This document shows, piece by piece, positions 18,001 through 25,875 of a stretch of 35,284 nt of DNA; the stretch's first letter is position 1, and every line of letters starts with the position of its first letter. The notes beneath the pieces were generated by a model, which saw nothing but the letters and a program-made list of their open reading frames with translations, was not told the DNA's origin and made no database searches. Origin of the DNA: a virus (lineage: Duplodnaviria; Caudoviricetes). The translations under genes and the position numbers were made by a program. The stretch spans positions 1 through 35,284 of IMG/VR virus record IMGVR_UViG_3300046779_000810, one strand, 5' to 3'.

Positions 18001-21000
18001 CAAACCATTCGTTAGGATCATCTTCGTAGCTTTCTAATTTTTGTGTAATTCTAAACATGCCTGTGTCTTGTTCTTTTGTAAGAACATAAACAACGCCAGG
18101 ATTATTAAATGTAATATTTGTTTCAGGTGCAGAAACAACTAATGTATTTCCATCAGTGGATAATCTTAGTGCATAACCAAATCTATCTCCGGCGCCGAAT
18201 ACAGTACCAGATTCTAAATCGCTGTAATCATCTAAGTTAGACGATGTTAATGTTTGAATAAGTTCAAACACACCTAAGGAATTTTTCTTATAAACAAAAA
18301 GTTTACCAGAATCTTCAGGCGACACTGCACTTATGATCTCCCAAGGATCTCCAAGATCAGGTTGTTGATTGTAACTTCTAAGAGCAGAATCAACAATATT
18401 GTCGTTAGTTAATCTGTAGTAAAGGTTGTTATATCTTACAGCATCGCCTTGGATGTATTCAAAATCTGGTCTCCAGAATCCTCTATAGTTAGAAATAAAC
18501 TGACCGTCACTATCTGGTGCTCCGACAATTAATGTATTTCCATCTACGCTTATTGCTAAACTTGTACCAACCGCATCGCCTTCTTTTACAAGTTCGGCTA
18601 CTTGATTAGGATCAAGTATACCAGATGCAAGAGTAGATCCGTCATCTTCAATAGCAATGTTTTGTGGTAAAGAACAATGTGTGGCAATTGGATCTATCTT
18701 AATCCAGTCATTTGATGTACTTAAATCTACAGAGCTACCATCACCGTATGTTTCTACTAACGCCTGGTAAAGATCTCCCTGAGACCATACTACAGAATCT
18801 TTAGGATAGAACTTAGATAGTGATGGATCATACACACCTTTGTAATTAGAATTTTCTACAATTCCCCAAGAACCGTTTGTATAGCTGAATAGATAAACTC
18901 TACCTTTAGATCCCAACGACCCAGTTGCAGATATTGCTAACTGGTAACTTCCAGCTGCTCCGCTAATAGAAATTGTAGAACCAAAATGTTCGTAGTCTGC
19001 AGGTCTAGGGCTTACAAAACTTGTTCTTAAGTTCCATTGCTCTTGTGCAAACTCATAGATGCCAACAAAACCTTGTTCTGTTTCTCCAAGGTTTGTACCT
19101 GTTGCAGAAGCAGGAATAATTTTTACAATTTCCCACTCTTCCGATGTAACATTAATTGTGCTGCCATCAACAGAAATAATAGGTTTCAATGCTTTCCACA
19201 ACTTGCCGTCGTGTAAAACAATATCGCCTTCGTTGTAATTTGACGAAGGATTAAAATCACCTTGGTAGTAAGTAGTAATTGAACTTGCCTTAGGAGCTCC
19301 AATTACTAACCACTTAGAGTCTGGGCTGATTGCCATATTCTCGCCCCAAGAGCCAAGCATCTTGTTTGCAAAACCTTGAGGTGGTTGAATAATCTGTCTT
19401 AACGACAATCCTCGTGTTGTTTCAATATAAACCATCACATAGCCGGAACCCGGTATGCTAGAAATTACTCTCTTGTTTATATTATCGTATAATACTTTGG
19501 CGCCTGTTCTGCTAGGAGACGATACTCCGTAGTCAGCAATAGACTTATAGGAATATTGTTTTTTCTTTTGAACAACTTCCCATAAACCGTTTTGATCCGA
19601 GTCAATCCAAAGTTTAGAATTATTTGGTAGTAATGCTGCCTTTGACCTGTCAATTAATTCGTAGTCTGCAAATCTAGCAGGAGTCATCTTCCAAATGTTT
19701 GCAAAACCAGTTTCGTCAATCACTGGATCAGCATCGTCTTCTCCGATAGTAAGAACTATCGTAGAGCTGCTGTCTGTAGGAATCGAAGTAATGGTATAGA
19801 ATCCTGTTAGATTCTCCATAGTAAATCCTACAATATCTCCAACTGCAAACGCATGAGATTGGTTCAGAATTACTACTAACTCTGTTACATTTCGATCAAA
19901 GCCTGTTACAAATACAGTTGGAAGTTGTTCAAATCTATAGATGTTCCAACTTATGCCTTCAAATGTTACCCAAATATTTTCGTTAACAGTTAACGTTGTA
20001 ATATCTAATGCAAGAAGATCTGCTTTAGTGTTAACGATTCTATCGATCTGATCCGACTTAACATAACCTGCGGTCTTAAATGGCAATGACTCGTACGATG
20101 TAGGAATTATTCCAGACTCTAAGGTCTTAGGCAAAATAGTAAAGTTAGTAGGATCTACACGATAGTATCTGTCTGCTGGTAAAGCAGGCAACGAATTAAC
20201 GTACATGATCGGTTGAGGGTCGATTAAGAATTTAGATTTTTCTAATTCGATCTCTAACTCTTGAACTTGATCAATGCCACCAAGGCGACCTACTCTAAAT
20301 GCCCACTCTTCGTTTAAGACAATACTTGACTTAGACGAATCACTTAACTTGTCAAAAATCTTAATTACAGAATTGTTTGTACCTTTTTCACGGATAAATC
20401 CTCTATAGAGTCTTAACTGTGTAACTGGATCTTCTGCTAGATTTTGTAGGTACTCTCGAGTTTGGTAGCCAATGGTGTGTCTTGCTAACTCTCTTTGAGT
20501 TAGTCCTACTCCGTCGGTATCTACTTCAAAGTAATCTTCGAATAAGTTGATACGATAGTCAAAGTTAGGCACTAACGACTTAGTTGGAGTAGAATCTAAC
20601 TTGCTCCACTTTGAGTCATCAAAGTCCTCTGTACCGTCCTGGTTATACTGGCTTACCCAATAGTAAGATTTATATTGAACAATATCGCCTAGTTTGTAAT
20701 CAACGAAAGGAGACCATGTGTCAATGTTAACATTGTCAAACAAGAATCCTGGGCTTGTGTAATCACCGTCCCAATCTGTAGTACGGAATCCTTGTACTTT
20801 AATTCTATCTTGTCTGTATCCGGTAGTCTTTTCATAAATGACATCGTTGAAAACTGTACGATCAGAGAATACAACAACGTTTTCTTTTAATACATAAAAT
20901 GCTTTTAAGAAATAAATTCCTTCGCTAGTATCTGTTATAGAAACTGAGATATTTTGGAATCCGCGATTAACATTAATAAACTCTGGTCGAAGAGGAGTTC

Positions 21001-24000
21001 CGTTGCTCTTTAAAATTTGATATTCGTAAAAGCTATCTAAGAAACTTTCTGCAACGCCGACAGGTAAAGAAATTTCAACCTTTTCAGCTAAAGGACTTAG
21101 TGTAATTAAAGAACCAACATCCCAATTGTGTCTTGTCCAGAACATAAATTCTTTAGCAGACGTTGTCCAGTTTTTAGAAACTTTTAATACTGTATCGTAC
21201 TGATCGAATACAAAGCCAATACTCTTTAAGTAAGCTTCGTAGCCTAGCATAAAATCAACTACTTGTTGGACTGTTGTAAATTCCTCGCCATAACTCATTC
21301 TCTTAATATTAAATGTGTTAAAGCTTCTACGCTGGAACGCTTCTACAGCACCCACGACAGGTAACTTAGGAATTCTTGTCCAGTTGGCAGTGTTGAACTC
21401 AGAAGACTGGTTAGTCTTAATTGCACGATAGTAGTCGCCTCTAAAAGAAACAATCTCACCGTTATTAAATGTTCGATCAGCAGCCCACTCTGAATATGTT
21501 GCGCTAACACCGCCTACAGAAATTAAAGGATCTGTTTGAGTCGGAACAGCTTCATAGTAATTAAAATAAGGATTGATCGAATCATACCCTTGTACTTGCC
21601 ATCCTCTAGATGTTTTCTCAATTAGAACACCGCTATATCCAATAGCAGCAATAGGAGAACTAACATTAAAGATAATGTCGTAGTTTTCTGGAGGAATAAA
21701 AATACTACTGCTTGCACTCTTTGGGCTCTTAGAATCCAATAGGTATTTTTGTTGAGCCTTGTCAACAAATCCAGAAATTCTAGAAGTAAGTGCTACGTCA
21801 ATAGTAGATAGTTTTTCAGCAAGCGTTGAACTATCTAATCCTAGGTATTTTACATACGATGCAAGATAGTTTACAATACCAGCTGTCATTTCTGCACCTG
21901 CTACAGGTACAACAATATCGTTAATAGTAAAGAATTTGTGTGTTGAAGTGCTTACTAGTTGTTCTCTAACGTTTGTAGTTTTTCTTGATAGATCAAACCC
22001 TTTGTTAATAAAGTCAAACGGTTTCAACAACATCATAGCAATAACCGCTGCAAACGGCCATTCACTGCTTGATCTCCAAGCATATTCTACTGGAGAAATA
22101 TCCCCAAACACAAAACTTCCTTGGTTGTTAATTAATGTGAAGTTGTTTGCTAATCCAGAATCTAACGGACTTAATAACTTACCATCTCCGTCAACTGGAA
22201 TATGAGCCATTAGTGATGGGCGTGTATATCTTGCATATGTCCCTGCACGATCTCCTTGACGAATAATACCGTCTCGTAGATCTTCCCAAAGGATTAAGTT
22301 ATTACTTGTATATGGTGCTGCTCCGTATTCTGATTCCCACCAGTCTGGCTGCTCACTAAAACCTAGCATTTCCCACGGACAACGGTGCGGACGATCTGTG
22401 TCATAGAACCATTGGTACACACCTCTCCACCATCCAAGAAGATTGTCTCCGGAGGATTGTGCTGTCATGTTGCTATAGGTATATGTAAAGGAGTTTTCTG
22501 AATCAAAATACTCGTTTAATGTATAACCAATATTTGTGTTAGAAATCCACTTTAGGAATTCTTGATTAACAACATTATCTACTTGAGCCTTTGTGAACTC
22601 TGCATTTCCATAATACCCGCCAAAGGTTTTATCGATGTCAAAAAGATTAGGGTTGTATTCTTGTTTAATGTTATTGTAAATTCTATACTCTAACTCTAAC
22701 AATAAATCGTCACGGTAGTCTCCGTAACAGACAGTTATACTTCCGTCGTGACCTTGAATAACTTCCTTAGGCTCTGTATAAGTGTCGTCAATAAACTTCA
22801 TAGGAGTATACTTTTTGTATAGTCCTAACGAAGTAGGTGTTGGCGGAATGTAGTTAAAGCTAGTCGATACATATTCTCTAACTTCTACTAAATCGCCTTC
22901 TGTCAAATCTACTTTTAATGTAACATAGCCGAATGCAGAATTAAATTCGTAATCTCGTTTAATTAACAGTTGTTCGCCGTTTACGTAAACGTAAACTGCA
23001 CGACGGCTTAATTCATTTGTGTTAAACTTTTCGGATAACGAGAATGTCTTAATTCCAGTATCCTCAACTTCGTAGGTAATAGCAGCATACGCACCACTTC
23101 CTACCATGTCAGAGTCTGCAAATGCACTAGACGAATTTTTTGTTTTACCTAAAGAGTTAAGGATAGTGTCAACAAAGTCCGATACAACATCGTTGTATTC
23201 TAATTCAGTTGCCTTAACAATAAAACTGTTCTTAAATTCTGAGTAGGCTTTTTTTGCATACTGCACAGACTTAACTGCGTTAAACTTCTTATCGCAAAGT
23301 AAAAATAAAGATAGCGGAGCTATTCCAGAGTGTTTTAAAAACCTCTTTCCAAATTTTCTATAGGAGAATAAATTTCTAAGATTAGAATCGCCTGGAATGG
23401 ATCCAACAAAATCTGTGTCCCATTCAATTGCTGTAGATAAATGATCTGATGCTTCGCCAAATGTAAAATATTGCAGATCTTGGTTTAGAGGATTCTTTTC
23501 TAATCCTACTGGGATTTCGTAGTATCCAAATAACGGTTCTACTTTAGAAACAATCTTTACCGACAACACATCTCCTGCAGAGAATGTGGTGTTAAATGTA
23601 AACTTGTTATTAAATCTTGTATAAGTGACAGCGGCCTTAAAGCCGTTAAGGTAGAAATTAATTCTTGCAGTTTCGTCTGCATCGAATGCTGCCCAGTCAA
23701 CAGTTTGTAAAGTTACTGTGTCAGTACTTTCTGTAATTTTAACAGAATCAATAATCGGTTGAACAAAACTAGATTCGAATTGTTCCCATCCGTTTCGATA
23801 TCCCTTGTTATTATTAAACAAGTAAAATCCAGACGAGATACTAACAGTGTTTAATACCTTTTCGCTAAGATACCTAAATGTTTCTTTATCCCAAGACCAA
23901 TCAAACTGAATATCGCCGACGTTGTCAATGTTTAGATAACTTAGACTAAATCCTAATTCAGTATCTGCTGTACTAGTTCCAACTTTATAAGATAATAGTT

Positions 24001-25873
24001 TTGAACCTGAAAATGTACTAACTGGATATGTGTCTTTGTTAGAAAAACTTACTCCGTTTTTGTCAAACGCATCAAACAACGGCGCTTGATTAGTAGCGGT
24101 TTTTTCTTGGCTCTTTACCCAGTTGGATCCGTTAAAGTGGTACATCTTGCCGGCATTGGCAGTTCCTCTTTTAATTAAAACACATTCTCCTACAACAGAC
24201 TCGCCGTCTTGTTCTAATTTTAAATGTATTTGTTTTCTACTATTATGAGTAATGAATTGTACTTTGTAAATTCTGTTGTTTGTTAGACTATCGGTATCTG
24301 CAACAACTAAAATTCTTGCGCCGTCAAATAAAAATTCTCCGTCGATGTTGTAACCGGTACTACCTTCAATCTTACTAAACACATCATCTGTAAATGTGTC
24401 AACATAGTCTACTGTATCCTTAGATACAGAACCGTGATTATAAAGCTGTAGGTCCGACTGAAATTCAATAATTGGTCTTTTAGCTCTTAGAGATTCGTTA
24501 GCAGGAAAATCTTGTCCTCTAACTCTGTAAGAATATTCTAAAACACTTCTGTGGAACCAACGGTTATATCGACTCCATGGATTTGAATCTTTTGATGTTC
24601 TATTAATTACGATGTAATCTTTTGTCGCAGGATAAGATGCAGCATCGTCAAACGGTTCTGTGTCAAATCCGCCATTGTCAAACAATACTTCAAGTGTATT
24701 GTTTTCAAGTGTTGGTGCAACAAGGTCGTTGAATCGTTTTAAGGCGATCGATTCGCCGACGCCTTCAACAATCCATGTATCCGAAGAATATTTTTCAGGA
24801 GTTACTTTTCCTCGGAAGTTAACAATTAATCCGTTAGTAAACTCTACACCGTTACTACTTGTATATGTTTCCTTTCCTACGATTTCTTTTTCAACATCAA
24901 TCTTTGTATTTTCTTCGATGTCAGAAATAATGAATCGTCCAAATCTATCTGGGGTAACCGACGACTGATAAAAAAGTACATCTGGTGCATCAAACGGAAC
25001 TTCAAAGACAACATTGCCTTTTTCAATTCCATTATTAGTAACACCTGTGTTATAACTTAAAGCTGTGCCTGCGCCAACCTTTTCAACAAGTTCCCAGTTT
25101 TCAGAATTTTCGTCAATAGTGCTACCGTCTGCTGGAGATATGTCTTTCTTAGCTCTCCATAGTTTTTCGTCAAACACAACTAACTGCCCTTCTACGTAAG
25201 AAAGGATTGGGTTGAATAATAAACTGCCTGTGTCAAAATTGGTTTTAATTGTAAAACCTTCGTTTGGAACGTTTACCTTAAAGGTATACTTTTGTCCTCT
25301 ATATAAAGTTAGAGTTGGGTTATTTGTAAAACCGTCTGGACTGAAAATGTATGTCGATCCAAATCCTAAAGACACTTTGTATGTACTAGTAACACCTGTA
25401 TAATTTCCTGCTACGTCAACAGGAGGAGGTCCTAATGGTTCCCAAAAATATTCACGATAGTTAACAAACTTATCCCAGTCGATCGGAGGATCCCAGGTAA
25501 AGTGCTGTTGGCCAACGGTCTTTGTATCGTCTTCTTCGTTATTGCCAAAGAATTGAAGTTGATTCTTAAGATCAATATAGTCAGAAAAACTCTCAATAAC
25601 ATTCGAATCATTTTTAGTTACAACACCGGGCTCAAGTTGATATCTGCTACGAAGTGTGGCATCATCATCAAGATAGATATCTGTAGCCTTGAATGTTTTA
25701 CCGTATCTTCTTCCTATGTAACCAGTTGTCTTTTCTAACACACCGGGCTGAACTAATGGATCTAATACTGCACCAAAGAACTTGGAATTTGTCTCGGTTC
25801 TAAAAATTGTAGGTAATAGATCTACAGTTCTTCTAATTGGTAATTGACTCTTAGGAAAAATATCGTTTGCCAT
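12062..25873 (-). CDS. Giant (4603 aa) multidomain baseplate wedge/scaffold protein (gp7 position)
   Basis: Uninterrupted 13.8-kb ORF immediately after gp6. N-terminus DLLPTIFRT..N.KF is wedge-like. It contains six Y..GD.V...G..Y/W.A modules (CBM5/12-like), FG-GAP-like propeller repeats (FG.S..IS.DG..L.VGAP), GSGY/GTGY repeats and many C-terminal DG(S/T)T..F.L / V.VNG Ig-like repeats. Confidence 0.8.
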   Translation of the reverse strand: MANDIFPKSQLPIRRTVDLLPTIFRTETNSKFFGAVLDPLVQPGVLEKTTGYIGRRYGKTFKATDIYLDDDATLRSRYQLEPGVVTKNDSNVIESFSDYIDLKNQLQFFGNNEEDDTKTVGQQHFTWDPPIDWDKFVNYREYFWEPLGPPPVDVAGNYTGVTSTYKVSLGFGSTYIFSPDGFTNNPTLTLYRGQKYTFKVNVPNEGFTIKTNFDTGSLLFNPILSYVEGQLVVFDEKLWRAKKDISPADGSTIDENSENWELVEKVGAGTALSYNTGVTNNGIEKGNVVFEVPFDAPDVLFYQSSVTPDRFGRFIISDIEENTKIDVEKEIVGKETYTSSNGVEFTNGLIVNFRGKVTPEKYSSDTWIVEGVGESIALKRFNDLVAPTLENNTLEVLFDNGGFDTEPFDDAASYPATKDYIVINRTSKDSNPWSRYNRWFHRSVLEYSYRVRGQDFPANESLRAKRPIIEFQSDLQLYNHGSVSKDTVDYVDTFTDDVFSKIEGSTGYNIDGEFLFDGARILVVADTDSLTNNRIYKVQFITHNSRKQIHLKLEQDGESVVGECVLIKRGTANAGKMYHFNGSNWVKSQEKTATNQAPLFDAFDKNGVSFSNKDTYPVSTFSGSKLLSYKVGTSTADTELGFSLSYLNIDNVGDIQFDWSWDKETFRYLSEKVLNTVSISSGFYLFNNNKGYRNGWEQFESSFVQPIIDSVKITESTDTVTLQTVDWAAFDADETARINFYLNGFKAAVTYTRFNNKFTFNTTFSAGDVLSVKIVSKVEPLFGYYEIPVGLEKNPLNQDLQYFTFGEASDHLSTAIEWDTDFVGSIPGDSNLRNLFSYRKFGKRFLKHSGIAPLSLFLLCDKKFNAVKSVQYAKKAYSEFKNSFIVKATELEYNDVVSDFVDTILNSLGKTKNSSSAFADSDMVGSGAYAAITYEVEDTGIKTFSLSEKFNTNELSRRAVYVYVNGEQLLIKRDYEFNSAFGYVTLKVDLTEGDLVEVREYVSTSFNYIPPTPTSLGLYKKYTPMKFIDDTYTEPKEVIQGHDGSITVCYGDYRDDLLLELEYRIYNNIKQEYNPNLFDIDKTFGGYYGNAEFTKAQVDNVVNQEFLKWISNTNIGYTLNEYFDSENSFTYTYSNMTAQSSGDNLLGWWRGVYQWFYDTDRPHRCPWEMLGFSEQPDWWESEYGAAPYTSNNLILWEDLRDGIIRQGDRAGTYARYTRPSLMAHIPVDGDGKLLSPLDSGLANNFTLINNQGSFVFGDISPVEYAWRSSSEWPFAAVIAMMLLKPFDFINKGFDLSRKTTNVREQLVSTSTHKFFTINDIVVPVAGAEMTAGIVNYLASYVKYLGLDSSTLAEKLSTIDVALTSRISGFVDKAQQKYLLDSKSPKSASSSIFIPPENYDIIFNVSSPIAAIGYSGVLIEKTSRGWQVQGYDSINPYFNYYEAVPTQTDPLISVGGVSATYSEWAADRTFNNGEIVSFRGDYYRAIKTNQSSEFNTANWTRIPKLPVVGAVEAFQRRSFNTFNIKRMSYGEEFTTVQQVVDFMLGYEAYLKSIGFVFDQYDTVLKVSKNWTTSAKEFMFWTRHNWDVGSLITLSPLAEKVEISLPVGVAESFLDSFYEYQILKSNGTPLRPEFINVNRGFQNISVSITDTSEGIYFLKAFYVLKENVVVFSDRTVFNDVIYEKTTGYRQDRIKVQGFRTTDWDGDYTSPGFLFDNVNIDTWSPFVDYKLGDIVQYKSYYWVSQYNQDGTEDFDDSKWSKLDSTPTKSLVPNFDYRINLFEDYFEVDTDGVGLTQRELARHTIGYQTREYLQNLAEDPVTQLRLYRGFIREKGTNNSVIKIFDKLSDSSKSSIVLNEEWAFRVGRLGGIDQVQELEIELEKSKFLIDPQPIMYVNSLPALPADRYYRVDPTNFTILPKTLESGIIPTSYESLPFKTAGYVKSDQIDRIVNTKADLLALDITTLTVNENIWVTFEGISWNIYRFEQLPTVFVTGFDRNVTELVVILNQSHAFAVGDIVGFTMENLTGFYTITSIPTDSSSTIVLTIGEDDADPVIDETGFANIWKMTPARFADYELIDRSKAALLPNNSKLWIDSDQNGLWEVVQKKKQYSYKSIADYGVSSPSRTGAKVLYDNINKRVISSIPGSGYVMVYIETTRGLSLRQIIQPPQGFANKMLGSWGENMAISPDSKWLVIGAPKASSITTYYQGDFNPSSNYNEGDIVLHDGKLWKALKPIISVDGSTINVTSEEWEIVKIIPASATGTNLGETEQGFVGIYEFAQEQWNLRTSFVSPRPADYEHFGSTISISGAAGSYQLAISATGSLGSKGRVYLFSYTNGSWGIVENSNYKGVYDPSLSKFYPKDSVVWSQGDLYQALVETYGDGSSVDLSTSNDWIKIDPIATHCSLPQNIAIEDDGSTLASGILDPNQVAELVKEGDAVGTSLAISVDGNTLIVGAPDSDGQFISNYRGFWRPDFEYIQGDAVRYNNLYYRLTNDNIVDSALRSYNQQPDLGDPWEIISAVSPEDSGKLFVYKKNSLGVFELIQTLTSSNLDDYSDLESGTVFGAGDRFGYALRLSTDGNTLVVSAPETNITFNNPGVVYVLTKEQDTGMFRITQKLESYEDDPNEWFGQSVCISPDSQRIIVGAKNFPYDTPVGFDSPVTTFDNGTTTFFDKKGYAGGVYVFEKKDGVYFLTEKLEATLSPFESFGHSIDCVGSVIVVGSPDYIAPSEVSTLDFPVYEGPKIGNVRLFKKDPLLNSWETIAFQQPTSEISKATGVALYNNVSNYKVADLDIVDPAKFKILGIADQELKFKTEYDPAIYNYGTDAVIVDEDVSWLERHVGELWWDISKAKWLHYEQGDTSYKAANWSKLVQGSTIQVCEWVETPLLPSEWAELADTTEGLALSISGQPLYPNDDIYSFKTLFNITTGEPTGTLYYYWVKTKSTIPTNNLTRKISGAEVEVLIADPAAAGIPFVGFANEDTVLAFNIKPLLTDSTVLLNIEFSKGDRTLNEVHNEYQIISEDVADDIPAESLETKWIDSLIGFDASGNRVPDSTLPDKQKYGLGFRPRQSMFVDRLTPLKNTITYINNLLLEQPFADIIDFTSLNSKEDPPVEELNQYDATVDTFLDLDTVGTIRVKQAVLKANIVDGLIESVEVVEPGFGYKNKSPCPITFDGDGVGAEASGSFDSQGRFGSVTVVTKGRKYTTATASIRRFSVLVNADENQNGLWSIYSWDDLRKVFFRTKTQAYDVTRFWKYTDWWMSGYSTTSRIVHEILAVYQEPEISTDVGDLIKVKEYGNGGWAVLEKVSNTGDLFFDKWKLVGRENGTIQFLETLYNPSVSGVGFDNVKSFDTDLYDIENTQELRIILQSVKEDILTGDYKVEWNKIFFNSIRYVFAEQQYVDWAFKTSLLRATHNVGSLKQKLNYKNDNLDSYAEYINEVKPYRTTIRNYTSSYDSIDRYGSAVTDFDLPPTYSTALDKILPVNAELGGELDIYPWKWWKDNNSFSVVAINVVNPGSGYSDVPKVVITGNGSGAEATAYISNGRVVSVLVTNKGTGYTQAPTITLVGGNGSSQDIAKAIAVIGDTKARTFNVQIKFDRITKDGAYSSFVRDEEFTASGSSSVFELKYPPTRDKSKISLTLNGELVLRSEYSISLYKASVDNFETLKGRLVFNQAPAKSSAIVVSYEINDDILDSVNRINRYYNPDYGMKSKDLGQLMTGIDFGGVKIQGTTFEVTGGWDALPWFTDTWDSVEANSDYYVVADGSTTDVTLPFTPADGQEINIYLKRAGQGQDRDIRDLQYEGEIPEPPTVRIDDPAYDANWDSTSVVNPNAQMPTFVGDGSTRVIPIGIYITVNAGDTLIFRPAESDGSVTITDPTILDTVLSGGSLVNVGGAYSTANGVSAEDINVDGGQFISPDQVQAPEEVIPGQVLDSMSIRVFDSPDSGAVPIQSKIAYGNGSNKIYDIGLRIFGSHSLLVYVDKVKKVLGTDFTIDYISNQLEFSTAPVLGSVIEIISLGIGGLSILDYQEFVADGTTNLFLTDASFESTSKILVTLNGEEIDAEFVASEEFTDQVGRTLVRFGTNPVTSSVIKIVCMGGNTDADSSGYSVIRIQQQTITYDGSTRSFELDNFVSLSRGSAESSAIVEVNGLALTGPDTEIVVYDGTNGTIVLGRDPEQSAGAILPSNIKVYVNEELKIFIQDYDYNGVSKELIINEDAVSIGDRIKVEVDLNAGYRFENNDLVISNSVTLGIDDVITVTWFSEYPTLDIIQDEYTGGQIVYKLKAVPLDASYVWVYKNGVKLTNGIDYKVSTPRGVVYLITRGEVDPYNSDILPTDKIKIVQFGSKVFKESVAYEVHKDMLNVYQFKRHSQTDNVKLTKDLAYYDTEISLTTTDGLSEPNVAKNMPGVVLINGERISYFAKSGTTLSNLRRGVFGTAIPEVHPANSRVVNWGADESIPYNETQERTNFVSDGSSVLIGPLDFVPAKATKSNWYRGTGDTVIPDEYGPCYQVEVFVGGRRLRKDPIYVYNEDLGTNSPSADVQIPAEFSVDGVTANIRLTEAPEAGTRITVIRRVGKIWYDKGTDTASSGETFLENSGTIPKFIAKKSTRLPE

Positions 25874-25875
25874 TT

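Noticed and set aside
6564-20877. Short alternative-frame minus-strand ORFs (6564..6767, 8133..8333, 17809..18021, 20689..20877)
   Set aside because: They are fully nested in large genes with no recognisable protein features. There is no evidence for overprinting or frameshift products.
12062-25873. Stop-codon recoding, intein or intron explaining the giant ORF
   Set aside because: The ORF is continuous in the standard code, all three stops terminate genes in the window, and no intein or homing endonuclease motifs were seen.
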